DNA of 63,759 nt, filler included, from Bigelowiella natans CCMP2755 (lineage: Eukaryota > Protista > Cercozoa), in NCBI GenBank assembly GCA_000320545.1. It is 5 parts of 5 records of this genome, joined end to end, with 100 filler letters (N's around TTAATTAATTAA, not from the genome) between each part and the next. Parts side by side here need not be neighbours in the genome. Positions count along the whole stretch, not along the records: positions 1 to 21,414 come from ADNK01002104.1; 4 more parts are not named here. One strand, 5' to 3'. Positions 1 to 11,690 of the stretch are shown in pieces; within the stretch, counting starts at the first letter, position 1; every line of letters begins with the position of its first letter. Position numbers and translations under genes: made by a program. The notes below the pieces were generated by a model that saw nothing but the letters and a program-made list of their open reading frames with translations, was not told the origin of the DNA and did not search any database.

Positions 1-419
1 AAAAATCAACCACCACACCCCCTTCGTCGCAGTGTTCGTAGTTCGGTGTGTCTGTAGGTAGAAGTTATCGTCCGAATTCACTTCTCTATCGATCCGGTGC
101 CCCCGACGAGGATTGTAATGTCAAATTATTAAAAAAGCCCTGAATCCAAGGGCCCCTTGGTCGGCAACCAAACGCGCGGGTGGCGCCTAGCAAAGAGACC
201 CCGAGCTATACACATATTACCAATTTCCATAAAATTATGTGGCAAGACGGGTGTCCGGTTTGGCTCGCCAACCCGTTTCCACCTCATATGTCGTACCCCC
301 CTAATCTGAAAATCCCACCAAGTAAATACGGGGTTGGTTCGAAAAAATTCCCAGGTTTTTTCCCTCCCCCCCCCCCCCCCCCTCCTCTCTCTCTCTCCCT
401 ACCTCCCTCTTTTTCTCAT

Positions 420-457
<38 letters not shown>

Positions 458-458
458 G

Positions 459-999
459 ATCAAAATGAGCGGTTTGGCGCCATTCGCACAGCCCCGCGGG
501 ACACGACCAGGGCAAGTACAAAACAAGATGGTAGTATCATGATCTCCTATGTGTTCCTTGTTAGTACTAGTAATAATGATAGTAGTAGCAGAAGAAGTAG
601 TAGTAGTAGTAGTAGTACAGCGTTAAGATGAGATGGGAGAGGTACAAAAGACCGGAGGTTTCGTATATCTTGGGTTGATGTGTTCTCCTTGCCGCCCCCC
701 CCCTCCTATCTTGTCGTTATCACCAAGGTATTCGTGCACTTCTCATTCCCTGTGGGGCCAGCCACGATGAAGGAGAGACTGGAGAAGGCGCATCAGGAAT
801 TCGACCATCTCAAGCGCTCAATGCAGGTGTGATTAAGACTACTCAATTTCCACTCTCCTCCTCCTCCCCCCCCCCCCCCCCCCTTTTCCTTATTAGAACC
901 CGTGCAAGTGTGCAACGACTTGATTCTTCCTCCACCTCCTCCTACCTTCCTCTGACCTATCTTCTCCTCCTCCTCCTCCTCCTCCTCCTCCTCCTCCTC

Positions 1000-1030
<31 letters not shown>

Positions 1031-1159
1031 CCCTTGTTGGTATTGTACACTGCAACCAAGGTGCCACTTCTACGCATTCTGTCAGAAGCAGGGACCAAGC
1101 TAGGGTAGTAGTAGTAGGAGGAGGAGGAGGAGGAAAGAGGAGAGTATTACATAATTTCC

Positions 1160-1193
<34 letters not shown>

Positions 1194-2556
1194 ATGTGTG
1201 TGTGTTTGTGTGTGTGTTAAATTTATATCTCACCAGTCCGTTTTTCCTCCTTTTCCCCCTTCTTCACGCATTTTCCTACTCATTATCCCCCTTCCCCCCA
1301 CACACACACACATACACACTGAAGGCTTGAGAAAGCTCTGGCGGCTGAGAACACGAAGATATGGCATCGCACGTCATGGGTAGATGCAAGCATAAAACGA
1401 ATCAATCCAACATATCTGATGATGGAAGAGGGGGGGGAGGGGGGGGGGGGAATTTTGATTGCATTGCATGTGGTTGTAGTCGCGAGAAGTGATGAGGGGA
1501 GGACAGAAGGGAGGACATGCAGTAAATGCAGTATGTCGTGCAGGAAAACCCGCCTTTAATAATATCAGAGCGTGTGCGACTTATGGCGGAATGTATTCAC
1601 TGTATGAGATCGTCGATTACAACAACGCAGCATGCAGTAGCGTCGTCATCAACACTCAATGCATCGTCCCGCCCCCTCCTTCCTCCCCCACTTGTTCTTC
1701 TTCTACGGTGTGCAGGTATTCAGCAACGTTCCTGGCCCGAGGGAGACGATGATCGTTTTCGGAAAGGTCAGCAGGGGACAGAACGAGTGCTGTTGTTTGT
1801 TGTTGTTGTTGATGATGATGATGATGATGATGATGATTGTAGCTCTAATAAATGGCTCTTTGTTAATTTTTACTTCCCTATGGCCCTCCTCCTCTCCTCG
1901 TCGTTCTCGGACAATTGCCTTAACCCTCTTCTTCTTCTTCTTCTTCTTCTTCTTGCTTTCCCCGCCTCTCTTGCTTCCACATTTCTGCCACCACCCCCCG
2001 TTGATATACTACTCAGGAGATGACAAGCTTCAAGCCCTTCTATTGCAATGTGCTTCACCAAGCGATATTCTTCAGCTACGCAGGCACAATGTCCCTAGGC
2101 CTTGTACTGGACACCGATAGCATTAAGGTTGAAGGAGGGGGGGAAGAGGAAGAGGAAGAAGAGGAAGAAGAGAAGCCAGCACGAGGAGGAGGAGAGAATA
2201 CTAATATCATTCTCATCATAGTTTTTATAGATTTTTTTTTTAACTACGTTCATACTGATTTTATGATTATATCTATGTATATATATAATATAAATATATA
2301 TGTATATATATATTCACGAAATGTATTTGTCTGTGCGGGACATTGACGTGCCATCCATCTTGTCACCCTTCAGAAACCAAAGCTGTTGATTCAGTGCTTC
2401 AAGGAGGAGCTCGAGGCAGCGAAGAAGGTGGCATTCTAGCATAGGCGGTGGTGATTTTGCATTCTACTGTTTCGCTCTGCACACAACCAACCACCATGCG
2501 GAAGGAGGTTCTTCGAGTATTGAAGTTCATTAGGACGGATTTTGTTTACTTTAATA

Positions 2557-2598
<42 letters not shown>

Positions 2599-2814
2599 GG
2601 GTGTGAGTCCATCACTAGTTCTAGACGAACGACATTGAATGAAAGAATAATAGTATCTCGAAGTTGCGAACACATCTTCCTTCTCATCAACCGCCCCCCC
2701 CTCTCCCCCCTCCGTATCATCATTATAAACTCACAGATGTTGCCTGACATTAGGAGACCTCGGTGGATGATTACAAGCAAGGATTCTCCGAATAAAAATT
2801 CGAATAAAAATTAA
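459..2814 (+). CDS. Wax ester synthase/diacylglycerol acyltransferase (WS/DGAT) family, 3' exons; the N-terminal catalytic part is not identified in the window
   Basis: Spliced exons (~459-530, 728-826, 1061-1104, 1325-1379, 1716-1766, 2017-2127, 2374-2427, 2737-2814) read NKM-VFVHFSFPVGPATMKERLEKAHQEFDHLKRSMQ...VFSNVPGPRETMIVFGK-EMTSFKPFY...IFFSYAGTMSLGLVLDTDSIKKPKLLIQCFKEELE. These match the WS/DGAT C-terminal motifs SNVPGP and SYxG. Confidence 0.85.
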
Positions 2815-3496
2815 TGGCATCATATTGCTGTGAATTCTCAGTCAATTTTCATATCTCAATAGTACTGTTCCTAGCGGCCAAGAGACAACTGAACCTATTG
2901 AAACAACTGCGCAATATCGACCCTGCATGTTCATGACATGGCAGCACATCTAGCTCTATCTCGAGTAGTGTGGAGAGAATAAGACCTAATGCCGTATCCA
3001 TCTATGCGTGTGACAAATGTGCTGTATGCTATGCGCGATGCAATGCATGCAGCATGAATGTATAGGTGTCCAGAGCAGATAAAATTCCGGCCTGGCGCAT
3101 ATGCAGGACAGATGTAGCAATGAATTAACCCTAATGTAGCTGTGCAAAGCGGCGCATGTAGGACGGATGTTATGAGCAATTGTTTTTCCCTGTGGTCACA
3201 TATATCATATATGAAGACGTATGCATCGCAATTGTTCATGCATGCAGCCATATGAAATAAACTGAACACATATGCAGCGCACACATGCTGCCGCCGCAAG
3301 GATTTATTTGAAACTATACATGCCATGCGTTATCAAAGTCGTGGTGGTAATGAATCAAATTCGCGACACATCTATTAATCATTATTTAATTCCAAAAACC
3401 GTGACTAGAGCCCAAGTATCTCTCTAGTCGTGTGCATACACACAAAATTTTAAAATTGATCGTGTGGATGTAAGATGCCATTAGTTTATTCCAACG

Positions 3497-3533
<37 letters not shown>

Positions 3534-3553
3534 ACACGTGTTTGTGTGTGTAA

Positions 3554-6185
3554 TTATTCTAAATGTGCCTGCAGCTCCGCCATTAACAATTCATAATCCT
3601 GGGTGTCGTCGCTGGAACGTGTATTTTTCCCATCCCGAGATCTTCTCTGTTTTTTCTTCTTCTTAGATGGGGTTGGCCTTGACATCTTCTTTCTTTTCGA
3701 CGGAGAGGGCTTCATCCTGCCTCTCCTTCTCTTCTGTGCAGCATTCTCCTTCTTCTCTGCCATATTACTATTATTTGAGACTGCAGAAGCACTTCCCGTC
3801 ACAGCGCCGTCTAACGAGATTGGTGGGATCGGTAGAGAATGTTGAGAATCACTGTCAGCATCATCGCGAAGGCTACTACTACTAGTACTACTACTAGCAG
3901 TAGTTGTAGCAGCTTCAGTCGTACTACTTCCAGGAGGGCGAGGGGGGGGCATCTTGAAGCCATTCGGGAGGCATTCCATTGGCACTGCCTGTGGTACGGG
4001 GGTAGGACCTATGCTGCTGCTCCTGTAGCTGTCGTCTTCAGGAGGTGTGTTATCAGAAGGTGGTTGGGGGGGGGCATGAGGAGGCAGTTGCTCCGGAGCG
4101 GAGAGGGTGTCTGGGAAGGGTTTCTCACCCGTCGGCGACGAGGCCTTCTCATTGTTACCCTTGTGCTCCTTCTCGTAGCTTTTCTGAAGCTCGCTGATAG
4201 TTACGAGGGAAGGGTCCTCATCTTCGTCCCCCTTCCATTCATCCATCCTCCTCTTGCACTCGATAGCGAAGAACCTGGCCATCTCCTCGCCATATCGGTT
4301 GACGGAAAAACTCCTGCACTTCTTCTCTGTGACGTATTCATCGCTGCTGAAGCGTACCATGTACTTTCGCTTACACTTGTGGACGCCAGGAATCCCAGAG
4401 CCACGCTTACTATTCGCTGATGAACGCTGCTTCTTCTTCTTCGTCGTACTACCACGGGCTGCTGCTTTGGGGGTTGTTGCGGTTGTCTTCTTTGACGACG
4501 GTGACTTCATCAGCGATGGCTGCTTTGTGTTCTTCTTCTCCTCCTCCTCCTCATCCTCATGTGCTTGCAGGACGGCATGGCGATGCAGCCTCAGAAGACC
4601 GTCTCGTTTCGGCCCAGGGGGGGGCAGGAGATCCTCCACCTCGATGTCCTTTCCTGGGTGCAGTTTCTGCGCAACGTCGATCCCAGATATGGGCGGAAGG
4701 GCTCCTGGCTCAAGATTCTCGCACGCTTCTTGATACTCTCTACGCACATTGGCAAGGTACGTGAGAAGATACACGTCGAACTTTTCCCGAACAAGCGATG
4801 ATGATGATAATGATGATGATGACGGCGGAGGGAAATGTTGGGAGAAATCGGTTCCGTTGATGGCGAAATCGATAAGACCAGCTGATTTCTGTATATTTTC
4901 AAGATCCACATCTGCGTGACTCCCACCCCTAGAATCTGCCCTCCTCGTGTCCCTCTCCTGGCCCTCTCGGTATGAAGCCAAATTGCGTACAGTAGCGTCA
5001 GTCAATGTGTCCATCTCGGAGAGATAAAGCGAATCAGGACCATGACCGAGACTCGTCAAGTAGTTTTTCTTTTCCCTCACAAGCGCAGCCATCTCGTTTA
5101 TTCCAGGGTACACGATATTCTTTGCCTTGTTCTCTGTGTGGTATAAATCGTGCTCAATGCCCGACAGGAACGCCAGGTTCTGCCCGTCGTCTTGCATAAC
5201 AAGACCAAAGTTCTGGTCCTTGTAGTCCACTGGCCTCGGATAGTGAGCGGTGAAATCGAAGGCTTTGTAAACTAGCCAGGAGAGGATCCTGGAGGGGGGG
5301 GGGAAAGAAATAGCCAGTTGTTAGAAATTTGCTCCTATTGTCCCCATTGTGTGTTGTTCGACAGCTTTCACACACATGCAGGCAGCATCAAGAAAGCTGA
5401 TGAAAACACCGGTACTTCTTTTGGACTGTGCGTCATACTAAATTAATCATCGAAAAGGAATATGAGCACTCTTATTATATAGGCTTATGCAGTACTACAT
5501 CTCTGGGTCCTTATTCGGTAGGCTCTTCAGGGTGTCTAGGAGTTTCGTCACGGTCTCCCACAGGGAATCTGGCAGCGGGATTTGAATTCTTCCATCCGAA
5601 ACCCCTTTGATCGGAACGTGAGAGTTGTAGAGTATAAATAGCGAGTAAACTCCGAAAATCTGACTGTATATAGCAAGATGTCTGTCAAGAAAAACGGAAT
5701 CGAAGAGAGAACATTGGCGCTTTATGACATTTTCGACAATAATTGCATACAGAAGTTAGCAGTTGTGGTGTGAGCGGGCTGTGGAATCTCCAGCTACGGC
5801 AAAGAAAGAATTACCCACTCAGTCCTGATCTTATGCTATGACGAAGGGTATTTACTGCGGTTTCATATAGATCATGGATGTGACTGCAGTCTTCTCCGAT
5901 ATAATTGTTAGATTTTATCAACCCCGGCGGTCCCTTGCTCAGTTTAGGCATGAGCATTAGAAGACCCAGGCCGCATTCATCCCAAATACTTTGAAACTGC
6001 GAGAAACGCATCTTGCCAAGGTCGCGGAGGTTCTGTTTCAGCTGGAAGAGGAACTGGCGAGGCTCTGCCGACGGTATTCTCGACTCCTGGCCTTCCCCTC
6101 CACCTCTTTTCTCATCAGCAATACCTCCGACAACATTTGACAGCGGCAATGAGGAGGAGGAGGAAGAGGAGGAGGGTGGAGGCAT
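3554..6185 (-). CDS. SNAPc subunit SNAP43/SNAPC1-like protein with an internal AP2 (ApiAP2-like) DNA-binding domain
   Basis: Exons ~6185-5815, 5681-5499, ~5417-5376 and 5288-3554 give MRFSQFQSIWDECGLGLL...SQIFGVYSLFILYNSH...RIQIPLPDSLWETV...FLDAACMILSWLVYKAFDFTAH, the SNAP43 pattern F..F..W / G.Y.L..LY / DAA.I...AF.F.A. The last exon contains SGIPGVHKCKRKYMVRF...KKCRSFSVNRYGEEMARFFAIECKRRM (AP2, ~4400-4240) and a basic NLS-like tail. Confidence 0.7.
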
Positions 6186-6787
6186 ATTTGCTTGCTCGGG
6201 TGTTTGAGCGTCAGGGGCTACATACCCGCGCTCTCTGCACGAGGGGAAATCCAAATGGAAATCCGCTTGGCGAGGAGGGTGGCTGCATTCTCCTGTCTTT
6301 CACCTGACAACCGAGGAAGAGAGGACGACAAGCAAACGTTTGCCGTCTTTCATCTGCGACAAGTACAAAACTCTGAGGCTTTAGATATACCGTTCACTGG
6401 AAGTTTCCTCGATGATATCTTGACGTGTTGCTCATGGGATGATGAGCGACGACAACATCGACAACAACAACCGTGACAACAACAAAAATCTTGTAGGAAA
6501 TAGAGGCACGCTGATGATGCGCGGAAGCTTCCGAGAAACGTGGCAGTCTGCTGCGGGACTGCTGCAAGGAAATCGTGAAAACCCCTTTATTCCGTCCCTG
6601 CGACATGTAGTTGTACGAGTCTCAGTCCATTGTTTCCAAAGCTTGACGGGACAACGACAGCCCCTTTCTCGGAACTCTCCTCCGTCGGCGTTCCGATCTT
6701 GTTTCGGGCCGATCTTGTTCTTCGACGCTCCCGGATGCTGGGCTGCCATTTTCCAAGCCGGAATAGTTTGGCTCAATACAAAACGCA

Positions 6788-8776
6788 ATGGGACAGGATC
6801 AGTCGCATCACTCGCACGAAGCTGATAGTAAGGCCACAACCTCTAAAAAGTCAGCCGATACCGACGCCAAAACCACGTCGACCAAAAGAGAGAAGGGGGG
6901 AAAGCAAAAGGCAGCGATCAAGTTGAAATTCAAGCTCGAAGAACTTCCAAAGCTGCTCTCGGAGTTGAAAAATGCTCATGAGCTCGACGTTCTTCTCGAC
7001 GAGGGGACCGTGGAAGCGTTGATGGCGCGGCTGGCAAAGGAAAAGGATCCCCAGCCACGAGCAGCTTACGGAGCTGCACTCAAGTTACTAAAGCAACGGC
7101 TTCACCCAGTCAGAAACGATGAGAAATCAGCGGAGCTACTAGAAGAGTACCACAAATTGCAGAAGAAATTGTCCAGTGGTGGGGCCGTGGCCGTCCTCCC
7201 AGAACGGAAGAAGCAGCTCTCAGATGCTGCAAAAAGATACACCCGGCTCTGCCAACACCACGAAGGGACCGAAGTCGGTAAACTATGGGCTCGCGTTTTC
7301 GGAAGGTTGGAGCGGTCATACGCACAAATCGCGAAGCTAGACCACGGCACTGGAAGGTCAAATCGTGCCAAGCGCGCTAAGAAGGCTGGAGCTGTTTGGT
7401 CGCAGTACGCGGGAATGTGCAAGTTCGACAATGAGGGAGACGTCGATCAAAACGGCAACCCAAAGGACTCCAAGTACGATCTTGGTCGCAACGGCGCGTA
7501 TGACGGTTTGAATATAGTGATCTTACAGCTGTATCCCTTCGACATGAGCGGACCATCGTCTGCGCTACGAAACAAGGGATTCATCGTACACATGTACGTG
7601 CGACAACGACGACGATTATGATTAAAACAATCGCCATCTTAGTCTTCTCGATGATGCTCGTGATGGCATTAATTTTCGGATGCCGGATTTTGATGAGATG
7701 ACACATCTTGCACTCTGCCGTCCGCTTGATTGGGCTGTGATGATATCTTGCCAGTCAACTTCACTCAATCCCCTGCATGATTGATATTGTTTGATAATTT
7801 CTTGTGCTACTCTTCTTGCATTGCTTTTTTTGTTCGAAAGATATTCCGTTGGGATCGGGAGTAAAATGCCTTCTCCGCACGAATTGGAGGAAAAGTTGGC
7901 CAAGGCCTCCCAGGTGTGGGTGATCAGCTCTGGCTTCAGGCCTCTTTTACAAAAAGAGCATTTGGATGTTATCGAGGCCCATTGGAGGCGCGGTCTCGGG
8001 TTATACATTTTTGGAGACAATCTCCCCTATTATGTCGAGGCGAATATGCTGCTGGAGCGTGTTGCAAAGGCCCTCCCAACCGAGCACAAACTGCTCCTTG
8101 AGGGTACCACGAAATATCCACCAAATATTAACAGACAAGAGGAGTAGAACTGATTCGTTATCAAACAATTTCTAAAATTTAGGAAACTACCCTGGAGCAC
8201 GCCACGTTGGCCCTCGCGATGGGAACAGTGCGCAAGGGGGGTTCTTACGACACGCTTTGACGACCGGCATCACCAAGCTCTACGAGGGCGTCACCGTGGC
8301 GAGGATGGATAAGCGTGCAGCTGTGGAGCTTGGCTGTTCAGAGGTACTCCGAGATCACGACGATAACCTTCTGGTGGTTGCACGTCCTGCCTCTAAGGGA
8401 TTTGGCCCATTGATTGTCGACGGTACTTATGTGTATTATTGTGGTAGGAGTCGTAGGTAGAAGGTAGAAGGTAGTAGGTAGTAGTAGGTAGGAGGGTGAG
8501 TGTTTTGCTCAGCTTGTTTTGCTACTACATTCTGTGTAGGCGCTTTTACAAAATTGTTCTGTCAATGGAATGACGTTGGCTCCGCACGGTTTGTTCGGAA
8601 CTGTGCCTGCTGGCTTTCCACAATCCTTGATGGGTAGCAGTAGTAGTAGTAGTAGTAGTCGTCGTTGTCGTCATCGTAGTAGTCGTAGGAGAGTCGTTCG
8701 TCGTTCTTCTGTCACGATGATGTATTATGATTTACCAGAAAGGAGAGAAGGATGATGATGATGATAATGATGACGA

Positions 8777-8814
<38 letters not shown>

Positions 8815-11095
8815 TATATTCAGAGAAGACTCTTTGAGCCCTGAGGACGAGAAGGAGGCGAAGAAAAGTAAAGAAGAGGGCGCGAAGAACAAGAACAAGC
8901 TAGAGCTGCACGATAGTTTCCGTGGGGAGTGTACTTTGACATACGAGGAGACTACGCTTTCTCTTCTTGCCAAGCAACCTGGTGATAGATGAACCAGCCA
9001 ACCACTTCGCACCCCATTCATCCTCCTCCTCTTCTAGTCACAAGAATGACTTTCGCAAATACGCTTGATTTCCACACCCCCTTCCTCATCCTCAACCTCA
9101 TTGTCTTCTTTAATTTCTCTTCCATCAGGTGACCCTGATACCAACACCTCTGACTTCTCCCTTGACAACCCATGCGCGATGGCCAGAGCTAATCGCCATG
9201 TCCTAAGCTCTCAGGCCCTCGGATTGGAGACAGCACAGCTGCTCCTCCAGCAAGGGCAAGATCCATTCACACGGCAGCCCATCGCTGCCATTATCCCTGC
9301 CGTGAGCTTAGCCGACAGGGACAACTTCCGCGTTGTGGCTGAGATCGTCAACAACGTGTTCATGGGTGGGCGGCGTCTCACGCTACCGGGCTTCATGGTG
9401 TATCTCGCCACCATGGATGACATGCACTGGTAGTGTGTGCGTTGTTGTACTCTATAGAACACACACGCGAGCACACACACACACACACACACACACATAC
9501 GCACGCACGCACGCACGCACGCACATACACACGCATGCACGTAAATGGACGCCCGAATCCATCCACACTTACACTCACGCTTACGCTTCGATAACACGTC
9601 GATCAACAGCTCGGCGGCGATGGCCGGAGGTGCTGACGAGGACTCTTCCTTCCGCCGCCTTCTTGCCTACATGATGGACCAGGTCCTCGACAACGTGAAA
9701 ACAACGCCAGACTTCTCCGAGTTCGGAGTGAAAGTTCCTATCATGGAAGCCGCCACGTCCTTCTTCGCTGCCAAAGATAGCAGCGCCCAGATGTTGCCCG
9801 TTCGTAAGGTTTTCTCGCACCTTTCCGTCCTTGCACGAGCCCTCCATCGGCGCAAGGCCCTGAAGACTGTCCAGATTGTTGCAGTGATGCGGCGATCGCT
9901 CATCAAGACTCTCATATCGGCTGCTCTCTGGCGCGCAAAGGAGAGGGGCGAGGAGAAGAAGAATGAAGATAAAAATGAATTAATAGAGGTGAGCAAGACC
10001 GACAGCAGCAATGACAAAACGGCCACCCAGTATGACAGAACGAATGAAGCCTCGAAAACCGATGCGAAGAATGAAAACAGCAAAGTCTGTGATAAGAAGA
10101 ATAAAAAAGAGAAGAAGTTTGGGATCGAGGGCCTGCACATGGAACTAGACTCCATGTTCTTCAGCAAGATTGAATGCGAGTGCATTCCAATCAAGGGCAG
10201 TGGAAGGGTGGCCACAACCCTCGATGAGGTAGTGCATGCAGTATTTGGGAGCAGCAGAGCAATGATAGCTTCTCAGCTCTGTGAGGAAATCAAACGGCTG
10301 GAATACGCTCTTGGCCTTGAGCAAGGGCGCGGTTTGATGACACCGGAGGAGGCAACGCTATTGTGTGTCGTGATGCGTAATTGCAAGGAAAATTGGCTCG
10401 TCGGGACAGAGGTCATGGTTGAGAAGCTTGTTAGTTCGAATGCAGTTCTAAAGAAGATGTGGAATTGCGGTGGCAGCAGCGCAAACGACCAGAAAACGAT
10501 GGTGACCTCCCGCGATGTTCTCGCTGCCATCGAGGCCAAATTCGAAGGGTATTTTCCCGAGCCACAGAAGCACAGCGAGAAGAAGGTGCCTCTTTTCATA
10601 ACGCCTTTTGGGCCTTCAGTGTACCGCTGCGCATGCGGAGTTTGGTTTGGCGACCCGAAGCAGCCCATCAACGACGAGATCCTGGAGAAAATGAAGAAGG
10701 CACGCAACGTGCACTTCCAGAACGTCTATGGCTCTGACGCTAACGGGTATCCAACAGCGAAGAGCAGCCACTATTCCCTGCACCGCGTGGTGCAGCAGGT
10801 TCTCTCCCCAAAAGGTAGCTTCGGGAAGGCAACAGTGAGGAATGACCCCATGGTTCAAGCGGTAGCAGCAAAGCTGGTGAAGAAGGCGAAAGGGAACTTC
10901 TACATAGAGAAGGTGAGGGCTAAAATTGAAGAGGTGATTGACAGCTATTTGGCCTGCCGTAAAAGAGGCATGAGGGAGCCTGGAGATGAACGGGGAGGAA
11001 AGACAGGGGGCAGCAAGGACATATATTCGTTCGAAACGCGGGCAAAAATGGAGCAAGACCTTTTACTTGATGCGATATCTGCAGATATAGAGTAA
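6788..11095 (+). CDS. Large uncharacterised protein (~1100 aa): class I glutamine-amidotransferase-like module plus a C-terminal region with a Cys/His motif
   Basis: Exons ~6788-7593, 7841-8103, 8183-8422, 8540-8633, 8824-8980, 9130-9429 and 9610-11095. Conserved-looking blocks are YDLGRNGAYDGLNIVILQLY, QVWVISS, GLGLYIFGDNLPYYVEAN, TTGITKLYEGVT, DGAFTKLFCQWNDVGSARFVRNCACWL, NTSDFSLDNP, DPFTRQP, PFGPSVYRCACG and SSHYSLHRVV. The 5' end is uncertain. Confidence 0.7.
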
Positions 11096-11690
11096 CTAAA
11101 ATGAATTTTAACCTAGTTTTGACACGACGTTCAAAGATCATAAAGCATATTGAGTTGAAAAATTAATCGATACTCGCAAGGATCAAGCATCGTTGACGAG
11201 CTCTAGAGCTCTGCGACAAATGAATATCAGCGGCTATGCATCCATGCATGAAATTGTCTTTGGCGTTTTAAATTTTGACTTCAAAGCAGTAGCAGCAGGC
11301 GAAATGCATGCGATATAACTGGTATACAGCACACGCATCACACGCAATAATAAATGAAGCATAGCGCACCGGAATGTACTAAATGGAATGAGTATATGAG
11401 CTAAATAGATGAAGGCTTCCAATCTATTTCAAGAATATGTCACTCTTTATCTCTTTATCATCTAAGTGAACAAAACCGATCGAATGTGACGTGCGCGTGC
11501 GATGCAATGTACGCCTTGTACGAATGAACATACAACCATAAAATGACGCGCATTGTAAACTGTTGCGTCGGTTGATGGGGGCGTGTGAGCATCAAAATGG
11601 CGAATAATAACAATTATCTTCAATTGGTTAATATCTTTCATACTTGCGGAGTGAAGTAAGCTTTTGTCGCTGGGCAGCGCAACATCGATT

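Noticed and set aside
5794-5814. Possible 21-nt GT-AG mini-intron, like nucleomorph introns
   Set aside because: The longer intron ending at 5682 gives the frame with the SNAP43-like motif. The mini-intron frame gives no recognisable protein.
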